A DNA stretch of 62,386 bases, the filler included. It is 10 parts of 10 records of this genome, joined end to end, with 100 filler letters (N's around TTAATTAATTAA, not from the genome) between each part and the next. Parts side by side here need not be neighbours in the genome. Positions count along the whole stretch, not along the records: positions 27,973 to 35,112 come from SRR31147125_116869; positions 35,213 to 43,325 come from SRR31147125_117021; positions 43,426 to 49,033 come from SRR31147125_117025; 7 more parts are not named here. The stretch is one strand, 5' to 3'. Positions 34,735 to 43,760 of this stretch are shown piece by piece. Both the position numbers and the translations under genes were made by a program. The notes under the pieces are model-generated. The model had not been told where the DNA came from, made no database searches, and saw only the letters and a list, made by a program, of their open reading frames with translations. Position 1 is the stretch's first letter; the number at the start of each line of letters is the position of its first letter.

Positions 34735-35112
34735 ATGTTGCGTATCGCCTTAACACTGGTCCTAGGGATAGGGATTCTTGGAGTTGTTCTGGGTGTACCT
34801 CGCAGTCCACAACCGGCGTTTGTTGCTGCTCCTTCCCCGCTTGGTGACCTTCGTGTTCACCTACAAGTTTTCTCGGGAACACCGGACCCGTCATGGATCC
34901 TTCATACAACTGTAGCGATGCATGCCCTAGAATTGTTGTCCCACGAGGCTCCGGTTTCAGGAGGGGTACGAAAAACGGAAAACCCCTCCACGTGTCTCTC
35001 CCTTACCCTATCCACTCTCCAGGCGGATCTTACCCCACCGGAATATGTTGCATTGGGGTACCGTGGGTTCGCCCTGCAGGTTTCCGACGGGATGGGAGGA
35101 TGGAGGTGAGGA
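34735..35112 (+). CDS. Secreted eukaryotic hypothetical protein, spliced, 3'-partial
   Basis: Signal peptide MLRIALTLVLGIGILGVVLG; VFSGTPDPSW and LGYRGF motifs; probable gtacga...ccag intron ~34967-35022. Confidence 0.55.
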
Positions 35113-35212
35113 NNNNNNNNNNNNNNNNNNNNNNNNNNNNNNNNNNNNNNNNNNNNTTAATTAATTAANNNNNNNNNNNNNNNNNNNNNNNNNNNNNNNN
35201 NNNNNNNNNNNN

Positions 35213-36385
35213 GTACCTGCCACTACACCTGAACTGGAAAAAAATGAAGGACCCACTCTGATTTACGGCCATGTGGATAAACAGCCGGAATCCGAAGGAT
35301 GGGATGACGACAAAGGCCCGTGGCTTCCGGTCATTGAGAATGAAAAACTATACGGCAGGGGCTGTGCCGATGACGGCTATTCCGTTTTTACGGCCGTCAT
35401 TGCCTTGAAAGCCTTGCAGCAGCAGGGGATTCCCCATGGCAGGTGCATCGTCATGATAGAAACCTGTGAAGAGAGCGGCAGTGATGATCTTGGGCACTAC
35501 CTTGAGTCTCAGAAAGCCGTGATCGGCACGCCGAAGCTCATCATCTGCCTGGATTCGGATGTGGGGGATTATGAGCGGTTTTGGATTGCGCCGTCCCTCA
35601 GAGGCACATTTGCCGTCGAGCTGAAGGTCTCTCTTCTGACCCAGGGAATCCATTCCGGATTTTCGGGACGGGCCGCATCGAGCTATCGAATCATGCGACA
35701 GTTGCTGGATCGAATCGAAGATGCCGAAACCGGCGACATTCTCCTTAAATCCATGCACATTTCCATCCCCGAAGAACGAATGGCCCAGATCAGGGAAGCT
35801 GCCGATATCCTTGGGAACCAACTTATTTCAGCGATCCCTCTAATCGATGGCGGACGGCCCATGAGCAAGGATCCCGTAGAGATTCTTATCAACAGCTCCT
35901 GGCGACCGACCGTCTCATATATTGGATGCGACGGCATTCCACCGGTATCCAACGCCGGAAACGTCCTTCGGCAATTTACCGCATTAAAGCTATCATTCAG
36001 GCTACCGCCGGGTGTCGATTCAAAAGCGGCTGTGGAAGAGTTGAAAACAATCGTTGAAGAGCATCCTCCCTACAATGCAGCAGTCTCTTTCAGGCGATTC
36101 AAACATATGGCCGGCTGGAGCATGCCGGATATGGGCGACACCCTAAAATCGAAGGTTGACTCCGCAGCCAACGCCTCCTTCGGGCATCCCCCGGCATACC
36201 TCCCTGAAGGGGGGTCCATCCCATTTATGACGCTTCTGGCTGAAAAATTTCCGGATGCGAAATTCATCATCACCGGAGTTCTGGGCCCCCAAGCCAATGC
36301 CCACGGCCCGAATGAGTCGCTGGACATTCCTTATGTAAAAAAGCTGACGCACTGTATTTCATTGATACTGTCTGAGTGCGCTTGA
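35213..36385 (+). CDS. M20-family peptidase, 5'-partial
   Basis: YGHVDKQP, GRGCADDG, EESGS, GGSIPF, NAHGPNE. Confidence 0.9.
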   Translation, partial: VPATTPELEKNEGPTLIYGHVDKQPESEGWDDDKGPWLPVIENEKLYGRGCADDGYSVFTAVIALKALQQQGIPHGRCIVMIETCEESGSDDLGHYLESQKAVIGTPKLIICLDSDVGDYERFWIAPSLRGTFAVELKVSLLTQGIHSGFSGRAASSYRIMRQLLDRIEDAETGDILLKSMHISIPEERMAQIREAADILGNQLISAIPLIDGGRPMSKDPVEILINSSWRPTVSYIGCDGIPPVSNAGNVLRQFTALKLSFRLPPGVDSKAAVEELKTIVEEHPPYNAAVSFRRFKHMAGWSMPDMGDTLKSKVDSAANASFGHPPAYLPEGGSIPFMTLLAEKFPDAKFIITGVLGPQANAHGPNESLDIPYVKKLTHCISLILSECA

Positions 36386-36514
36386 CCCCCTTGATGGGAT
36401 CATACTATTGAGTTTCCCGCCCATCTCATGCTATTGAATGGTTTCAATCGTGGGGACGACAAAAATGACACCCGAGAGTGGGGATGAAAAATGGAAGAAT
36501 TTGATGTGACAATA

Positions 36515-36955
36515 ATGAAGCAAAGGTTATTTCACCGGATCGCTTTGGTTGTGATTTTTACAATGTGCATATTAAGCGGCTGCATGGGCACCATTGAACA
36601 TGGGAAAAAATCTCAGCCCCGGACAACATCCCCGGTCCCGAAACCAACTTCCCCGCTCAAGTGAATCAGGTTCCAATTGAAGATGAGATCATTTCAAAGG
36701 GGATGGAGGACTCGAAAAAAGCACCTGCCCCTCCAAAAGATGACCCGGCTCTGGAAGTCGAGGCGCTCTTGGCCCAGCCCTATGTGGATCCGCTGACGCG
36801 CTATTTGAAACGCCATGCTGATTCTGGTATGATCTTGCCGTTCAAAATGGATCTCTGGAAGCGCGCAGCAGATTGCTTGAATTAAGCCAAACCGTGGACA
36901 CGACACACATTTCCAAGGCGCAGTCCCTTGTTAAGCAATTACTGGCAGGTGAGCA
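36515..36955 (+). pseudogene. Fragmented lipoprotein gene
   Basis: MKQRLF..LSGC lipobox, stop at 36662; continues in another frame (LLAQPYVDPLTRYL). Confidence 0.4.
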
Positions 36956-36958
36956 ACA

Positions 36959-37801
36959 ATGAGTCAACCGGATCACTCTTTTGGGAAAACAGCGAAAGAC
37001 GGCATCTCTTTTGCTTTTTTTCGCTCCTTCAATCAACTGAATCATTCCAAGCAGTCCGTCATCTGGATATTACTTCTATTGATCGTGCTTTTTATTGCCG
37101 GTATTTGGGTCATGTCCAACCTGAACCTGAAATTCTCCCAAAACGCCATGAGTGACTTACGCCGGGTCCAACTGCAAGAAGCGTTTTATGCAAACCTTGA
37201 CAGAATCAACAGTCAGCATCACCTGCTGAATCGCTATTCGGAAGACCTTGCAACTCTGGGGGAGCTCTTTTGGAGTCTCCAACAAAATGATGTCCCCTAT
37301 CTCAAGCGTGAATTGGATGCGGCCCTATTTGGAATCGGGGTTCCCCGGAATGAGATTGATGCCGTGCTCCAGCCCATGCGAAAGGGGAATTACCGGATCC
37401 TTTTGTCCACCGGCTTGACCATGCTGCTCCTTTCCACTCTGATGTTGTTCGGAGTGATCGGATTGATGCGCCGGTTACAGGCATCCTACACCGATGAGCT
37501 GACCCGATTGCCGAACCGGGCCGGATTGCTGCGGCATCTAGCTGAGGAAAAAAGCGGCAGCCTAATTCTGATCAATCTCGATGATTTTAAAGAGATCAAC
37601 GGATTGTTCGGGCATCGCTGCGGAGACCATGTGTTGAAAACCGTGGCGGAGTTTGTCCATTCGGAAGAGGTGCTTGAAAAGGTTAGACAATTGAATATCG
37701 ATTACTCCCAAGGATCGGTGATATCGATGCCTCAACCCCGATTGATGACCCGGCAGGATTTGGAAAAAATATCACGATCATTGACCAATGATCACCCATA
37801 G
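36959..37801 (+). pseudogene. Internally deleted membrane GGDEF-EAL protein
   Basis: TM helices; GGDEF N-half (YTDELTRLPNR..NLDDFKEIN..GH..GDHVL) fused directly to the EAL C-terminus (KTVAEFV..E....IDYSQG). Confidence 0.75.
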
Positions 37802-37815
37802 AAGGGGAAAATATC

Positions 37816-38631
37816 ATGAAAACCCATTTACTGATTATCGATCCGCAAAATGATTTTTGCGATATTGACGGTGCCGCCCTACCTGTTCCGGGTGCTGACG
37901 CGGACATGAAGCGCCTGGCTTCATTTATCGATGTTTACGGCTCCGGGATCAGCCGGATTCATATCACGTTGGACAGCCACCGTTGTGTGGACATCTCCCA
38001 CCCCGTTTGGTGGTTGGATTCAAACGGTGCCCCCCCTGCGCCGTTTACCATTATTTCTGCAGAAGATATCAACCGCGGCGTATGGTCGACCCGAAATCCT
38101 GATTTTCAAGAACGATCTCTTAATTATGCCAAACAGCTTGAAGCCAATGGAAAATACCAAATCTGCATTTGGCCGCCCCATTGCCTTATGGGGACCTGGG
38201 GACACAATGTTCACTCGGAGTTGAACCGGGCGCTGCAACAATGGTCGGAACAGAGATTTGCCATGGTCAACTATCTATTGAAAGGAAGCAATCCCTGGAC
38301 GGAACATTATGGGGGAATAGAGGCGGAAGTACCGGATCCTTCCGATCCGGAGACGGAATTGAACAGAGGATTTTTAGCCACGTTGTCCCAAGCGGATAAA
38401 ATTTTCGTTGCCGGCGAAGCATCCAGCCATTGCGTGAAAGAGACCGTCACCCAAATTGCCGAACATGTCAGCGACGATCACCTGTCAAAATTCCATATTT
38501 TGACAGACTGTTGCAGCCCTGTTCCTCCGGTCCCGGATGGACCGGATTTTCCGAAAGTTGCCCGTCAATGGCTGAAGGATATGGAAGAGAGGGGAATCAC
38601 TGTGACATCATCCTCAAATATTTCTATTTAA
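37816..38631 (+). CDS. Cysteine hydrolase (isochorismatase/nicotinamidase family)
   Basis: LLIIDPQNDFC, DSH, WPPHC..GT.GH, KG, AGEASSHCV. Confidence 0.85.
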   Translation: MKTHLLIIDPQNDFCDIDGAALPVPGADADMKRLASFIDVYGSGISRIHITLDSHRCVDISHPVWWLDSNGAPPAPFTIISAEDINRGVWSTRNPDFQERSLNYAKQLEANGKYQICIWPPHCLMGTWGHNVHSELNRALQQWSEQRFAMVNYLLKGSNPWTEHYGGIEAEVPDPSDPETELNRGFLATLSQADKIFVAGEASSHCVKETVTQIAEHVSDDHLSKFHILTDCCSPVPPVPDGPDFPKVARQWLKDMEERGITVTSSSNISI

Positions 38632-38735
38632 ACATACACACTCTATTTTACAATGGACCAATGATATTTTCAATTGGGCTTTTGGATCAATTTTTTAATT
38701 AAGTGCCTTCATACGGATGAGGGGGGGACCCGCAA

Positions 38736-39874
38736 TTGAGAAAATGGCGTTTCCAGGTACGGAATTTGGGGATTTTCATTTTGTTTTCCCTTCTGTTGTT
38801 GCCACCGAGGACGGCAGCGGCGGAAGTGGGCAATGCCGCCCTCCCTGGAACCATGTCGTCACTCAGCATTGTCGATACAGCCCTGCAATCGACACGAAAC
38901 TGGCCCCTTCCGCCTTCGGGACCGCCGGGCCTGCCGGATAAGACCATCGCCTATATCGGCGAAGATCTGCGCAATGCCGGAGTGCTCGGAGTGGGCGCCG
39001 GGGTAAGAGAAGCGGCCCGCGCCATGGGCTGGCAGGTGCACTTCTTCGACATCGGCACCAACGACGACCAGCGGGCGACGGTTTTCCGACGAGCCCGCAG
39101 GCTTCGGCCGGACGGCGTTATCCTAGGCGGAATGGATGCCGTGGGAAATGCTCGTTTTATAACCCCTTTCGGCAAAACAGGTATCCCTGTCGTGGGTTGG
39201 CACGTTGCACCGGATCCGGGACCGGTGGAAAACACTCCGATCCTTATGAATGTGGCAACCGCCTCCATGGAGGTGGCAAAAGTGGCGGCACATTACGTGA
39301 TTACCCAATCCGACGGAAGGGCCGGAGTCGTGATTTTTACCGACAGTCGTTTTGCCATTGCCATGAACAAAACAGATGTCATGGCCGATATCATCAGGGG
39401 ATGCAAAGGGTGCAGACTTCTGGAAATCGTCGATCTCCCCCTTGACAAGACCGACACCCTAATGCCGGAGACAACCGAGCGGCTCCTCAATACGTATGGT
39501 GAAAATTGGCACTACTCACTGGCCATAAACGACTTGTATTTTGACCATGCCGTTGCCACGCTGGTACTGAACGGCCGCCCGCCGGAAGGCCCCCCGGCGA
39601 ATATCTCGGCCGGTGACGGCAGCCCTTCGGCCTTTTTACGGATCAGATACGCCAGCTATCAAAAAGCGACGGTTCCCGAACCCCTGCTTTTTCAGGGCTG
39701 GCAGCTTGTAGATGAACTCAACCGCATCTTACAGGGCCAAGGGCCAAGCGGTTATCAGTGCCCCCTAAAATTCTTACAAATGAAAATATCCCGCCCCAAA
39801 GCGATGACATTGATCTGTTCGATCCTGAAAACGGCTATCGTCGAGCCTACAAAACCATCTGGAAAAGGAATTGA
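38736..39874 (+). CDS. Periplasmic sugar-type substrate-binding protein, frameshift near 39765
   Basis: Signal peptide, PBP1-like PDGVILGG..D, IPVVGWH, AINDLYFD; the true C-terminus FDPENGYRRAYKTIW* lies in another frame. Confidence 0.75.
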
Positions 39875-41511
39875 GACGTGTGAAGATCCCCCGCATATAT
39901 TCCATCCAGTCAAAAATATCCTTTGTTTTTATTTTCGTCTTGGCCCTTCTCGTTTTAGGTGGGATTCTGTCCATTTACTTTTCCAAACATCACTTTGCTT
40001 CGGCAAGACTTTTTGTCGACAACATCATTCCCCAAACAGCGAAAACAAACGAATTGCAGCTGACGGCATTCCAAGTGAAAGGCTATACCAGGGAGCTGAC
40101 CAGGACAACCAACCGGTCAGGACTCCATCTGGTTCATTTCGATCTGGCTGTGGCGCTGACACGGATGGAGGCGCTGACGGCAACCCTATCCCACCAGAAG
40201 AGCGGTATCGATATCGTATCGCTGAATTTTTTGAGCCAGGCCATCCGCAGCCAGGCGCAACTCGTTTTTCAGCTCAAGTCTCAACTTCTGGAAATGGCAA
40301 TGGATAGACAGACCATCACAAACGGGATACGGCGGGATCTGCTCGAATTCATGACCCTGGAATTAACACGGAACCATGTCTATTCCGATGAAATTCATGC
40401 CCTTGTTCACGATCTTTTAGAACGACTCATCTTATTAGTGGAGAAATTGAACACCCCGGAGGCCGCCCTTTTACTTATCAATCAATTACAAGAGGACTTT
40501 GCCCAGATCAAAGGGGATTTTCTATTGAAACTCTTCAAAGTAGAGCATCCGGACGCCACAGATGAAACCCGAGTATTGATGGACGGGATTATGGCGCAGA
40601 TGGAACGACTGTTGGAAAAGAAACGTCAATCCCTGGAAGTGCTTCGGGGGATCGCTGGCTTTATCATGACCCTCAATGATCTGACGGGTCGGTTGAATCG
40701 GATGACAACCCTGTATATCGACCAGATTCGCAACGAATTCCAACAAAATGCTCGACAGATCCTTGAAAAGGAAAAACGGAATATCAACTTGACCGTAGGA
40801 ATGCTTTGTCTGTCGATTGTCATCTTGTTCCTACTGCACCGGCAGATCATTGTCCAGGGGTTCGGGAACCGCTTGAGTTTGATCAGCCGTGCCATGGGCC
40901 GGGGTGAGGCGGAGGGAAAAGCCCTGCCGCTCCCCTTGAAAGGGCGGGATGAAATTGCGGATATGGCAAGGGCGGCGGATGCGCTTCTCAAAAAGGCAAA
41001 AAAACTCAAAACACTGGCAACCATGGACGAACTGACCCGGGTGTATAACCGTCGATGCTTTTTTCAACTGGTGGAAAAAGAGGTCAAAAGGTTGATTAGA
41101 AAAAAACATCAGGCCATCGTCTTGATGCTCGATATTGATCATTTCAAACAAATCAACGATACCTGGGGTCACGATTTCGGAGACAGAACCCTTTTTGAAT
41201 TTGCAAAGGTGTGCAGTCGAATGACAAGGAAGATGGACCTTTTCGCCCGTTACGGAGGGGAGGAGTTCGTCCTGTTCATGCCGGAGGCGACACCTGAAGA
41301 GGGAATGACCGCTGCAAGACGCCTTCTTGAGACCGTGGCATCCCTTGAGCTGTCCACGGATTGCGGCCGGATAGTAACGTTGACCGTCAGCATCGGAATG
41401 GCCCAAACCGCATTGGGTGTCGAAGAGATCACCCCGGCGATGAAACAGGCGGATGAAGCCCTATACAGGGCCAAAAAACTGGGGCGTAACAGAATCGAGT
41501 TTTTCCGCTGA
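39871..41511 (+). CDS. Membrane diguanylate cyclase (sensor-HAMP-GGDEF)
   Basis: Two TM segments, GRDEI, DIDHFKQIND, RKMD I-site, GGEEF. Confidence 0.92.
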   Translation: MRRVKIPRIYSIQSKISFVFIFVLALLVLGGILSIYFSKHHFASARLFVDNIIPQTAKTNELQLTAFQVKGYTRELTRTTNRSGLHLVHFDLAVALTRMEALTATLSHQKSGIDIVSLNFLSQAIRSQAQLVFQLKSQLLEMAMDRQTITNGIRRDLLEFMTLELTRNHVYSDEIHALVHDLLERLILLVEKLNTPEAALLLINQLQEDFAQIKGDFLLKLFKVEHPDATDETRVLMDGIMAQMERLLEKKRQSLEVLRGIAGFIMTLNDLTGRLNRMTTLYIDQIRNEFQQNARQILEKEKRNINLTVGMLCLSIVILFLLHRQIIVQGFGNRLSLISRAMGRGEAEGKALPLPLKGRDEIADMARAADALLKKAKKLKTLATMDELTRVYNRRCFFQLVEKEVKRLIRKKHQAIVLMLDIDHFKQINDTWGHDFGDRTLFEFAKVCSRMTRKMDLFARYGGEEFVLFMPEATPEEGMTAARRLLETVASLELSTDCGRIVTLTVSIGMAQTALGVEEITPAMKQADEALYRAKKLGRNRIEFFR

Positions 41512-41661
41512 AAACAAGACAACATGCCCAATAGTGTTTAAATTGTACAATTTCGCTCGTTCGTTTTTTTCACTTGTCATCGATGCCCACCCCCATGATG
41601 CATGAATTATCATACCGACAATGATAATTGAACGCCAATATGGGGAATCTTCATGAAAATG

Positions 41662-42330
41662 TCAGAGGTACATGAGATGATTGAAAGAGAGCCAGAAATG
41701 ACAGGCAGATCCCAGAATCACAAAACAGTGCCAGATTTCATGGAAACCGAAAATGCCTGGAAAAGGATTGGGCCGTTTAAGGGCGTAAATCAGAGCGCCG
41801 ACACTGTAAAACACGCCGCCGAGCGCCATCCAGAACAGGGCTATCGACGATAAGGTCTTGACCAGGGGGTAAATTGCAACCAAAAGAAGCCACCCCATCA
41901 TCAGGTAGATCAAGGTGGAGGTCCACCGGGGGGCGTTCATGAAAAATATCTTTAGAAAAATCCCTGCCACGGCAATTCCCCAGACCGTCCCGAAAAGGCT
42001 CCATCCCCACGGGCCTCGAAGGGGCACCAGGCATAAGGGCGTATAGGATCCGGCAATGACCATGAAAATCATGATATGATCAACACGCCTGAAAGCAGAA
42101 AGGGCCTTGTCCGACACTTTCACGGCATGATACAGGCAACTGGAAGTGTACATGAGGATCAAGGTGCTGCCGAAAATGGAAAATGAAATCACATGCCACA
42201 GATCCGCTCTTACGACTGCAAAAACCACCATCAAAGTCAAAGCGATCACAGCCCCCAAAGCCCCCGCACCATGGGAAATCGCGTTCACCGGTTCTCTCAA
42301 TAATTTCAAACATATACACATCGCTCTCAC
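41662..42330 (-). CDS. Hemolysin III / PAQR-family membrane protein
   Basis: EPVNAISHG, SCLYH, DH.MIF..IAGSYTP, HEIWH. Confidence 0.92.
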   Translation of the reverse strand: MRAMCICLKLLREPVNAISHGAGALGAVIALTLMVVFAVVRADLWHVISFSIFGSTLILMYTSSCLYHAVKVSDKALSAFRRVDHIMIFMVIAGSYTPLCLVPLRGPWGWSLFGTVWGIAVAGIFLKIFFMNAPRWTSTLIYLMMGWLLLVAIYPLVKTLSSIALFWMALGGVFYSVGALIYALKRPNPFPGIFGFHEIWHCFVILGSACHFWLSFNHLMYL

Positions 42331-42548
42331 CTCTCATTATGGTGCCATATGAAAAACCTCCCGACTATCGATTCGGGGGATTTCATACTTTGTTGCAGCC
42401 GGTGGCCCGACATGGCCGTTATACCCGATTGATATCTCCACATAGTCCACATGGACGTAAATTTCACTATGCTTTTTCCATGCCCATCTTCAAAAAATAT
42501 GGCGGATGTGTCTTGCAAAAAGTGATGGATGACTTGCGCCGAGCTGTA

Positions 42549-43193
42549 CTAGTCTTCCGGATACTTGAAATCGGGATACAATCTCTTACTGCACTCCGGA
42601 CAGATCCCATGGGAAAAATCAACCCGAGTGTGATCTCTTATGTAACTTTCAATGGAATTCCATTTTCCTCGTTCATCCCGGATTTTTTTACAGGACGCGC
42701 AGATGGGTAAAATCCCTTCCAACGTTTGAATATGGTCCAGTGCGTCTTGTAGCTTAACAATCGTCTGTCTCAATTTCACATGCGTCTCTACGCGTGATAG
42801 AAGCTCCGGGATCCGAAACGGTTTCACCACATAATCCACCGCCCCCAAATCAAACCCTTTCACGATATCTTCAGAAGCGCCCAAGGCGGTGAGAAAGATA
42901 ACGGGAATATCCTTCAGCTCGTCATTGTCTTTGAGTCGTCGACACAGTTCATATCCGTCCATTTCAGGCATCATGATATCCAGAAGAAATAGATCCGGCG
43001 ACAGATTTTCAACTGCGGTCAATGCCATTTTACCCGATTTTGCAGGGAGAACGGTGTATCCGTTTTTTTCAAGGGTCTGGGACAGCAGTCGCAGATTTTC
43101 AGCGTTGTCGTCGACGATAAGAATATTTGCTTTTTCCTGCGGCATGTTCAGCGTCTCCATCTCCATCGAACACCTCAAATTCAATTGATCCAA
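42549..43193 (-). CDS. Response regulator (REC domain plus Cys-rich tail)
   Basis: ILIVDD, LLDIMMP, KPF; LPICASCKKIRD...SHGICPEC. Confidence 0.9.
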   Translation of the reverse strand: MDQLNLRCSMEMETLNMPQEKANILIVDDNAENLRLLSQTLEKNGYTVLPAKSGKMALTAVENLSPDLFLLDIMMPEMDGYELCRRLKDNDELKDIPVIFLTALGASEDIVKGFDLGAVDYVVKPFRIPELLSRVETHVKLRQTIVKLQDALDHIQTLEGILPICASCKKIRDERGKWNSIESYIRDHTRVDFSHGICPECSKRLYPDFKYPED

Positions 43194-43437
43194 ACTTTCA
43201 AAGATGTACTACAACCCGTCTGGTTTGTCAGCAATTTCTTATTCTTCATGGATGGCAGGGAGTAGACGTCCGATTATTGACAATATTTATTATTAAAGGA
43301 ATAAGTCCGAAATAACTTACCCAAANNNNNNNNNNNNNNNNNNNNNNNNNNNNNNNNNNNNNNNNNNNNTTAATTAATTAANNNNNNNNNNNNNNNNNNN
43401 NNNNNNNNNNNNNNNNNNNNNNNNNCGGAAAAAAATT

Positions 43438-43749
43438 ATGTTGATGAGACTATACGTAGCCGACAATTCGGATGGGGGACAGCGGATAATCTCAAGCTTC
43501 CGGTCACTGCTGCAGAGCAGGTACGGGACTGACTGCACCCTGGAGATAATAAATGTTACCGAACATCCAGAACGCGCCCGCCGGGATGAAATTCTGGCCA
43601 CCCCGACACTTGTCAGGATCTCCCCGACACCTGAATTCAGGATAGTCTGCAACTTGCAGAATAAGGACCGTATTATGAGTATTCTCGAAAACATTTCACA
43701 CAGCGCGCCCGAGTATCAGGCCTATGCCTGCGCCGGAGCATCCAGGTAG
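43438..43749 (+). CDS. kaiB: KaiB-like protein (start may lie beyond the contig edge)
   Basis: LRLYVA, LEIINV.EHPE.A....ILATPTLVR..P.P..RIV. Confidence 0.85.
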   Translation: MLMRLYVADNSDGGQRIISSFRSLLQSRYGTDCTLEIINVTEHPERARRDEILATPTLVRISPTPEFRIVCNLQNKDRIMSILENISHSAPEYQAYACAGASR

Positions 43750-43760
43750 GTGAACGACCA

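Noticed and set aside
1-35112. Alternative genetic code in the eukaryotic contigs
   Set aside because: The apparent in-frame stops are explained by short GT-AG introns, and the long dynein exon reads in the standard code
38736-40307. 523-aa ORF as an SBP fusion protein
   Set aside because: The C-terminal ~180 aa are out-of-frame read-through overlapping the DGC gene
41605-41629. aattatcat-N7-atgataatt palindrome as a Fur box
   Set aside because: It lies between convergent gene ends and the spacing does not fit the Fur consensus
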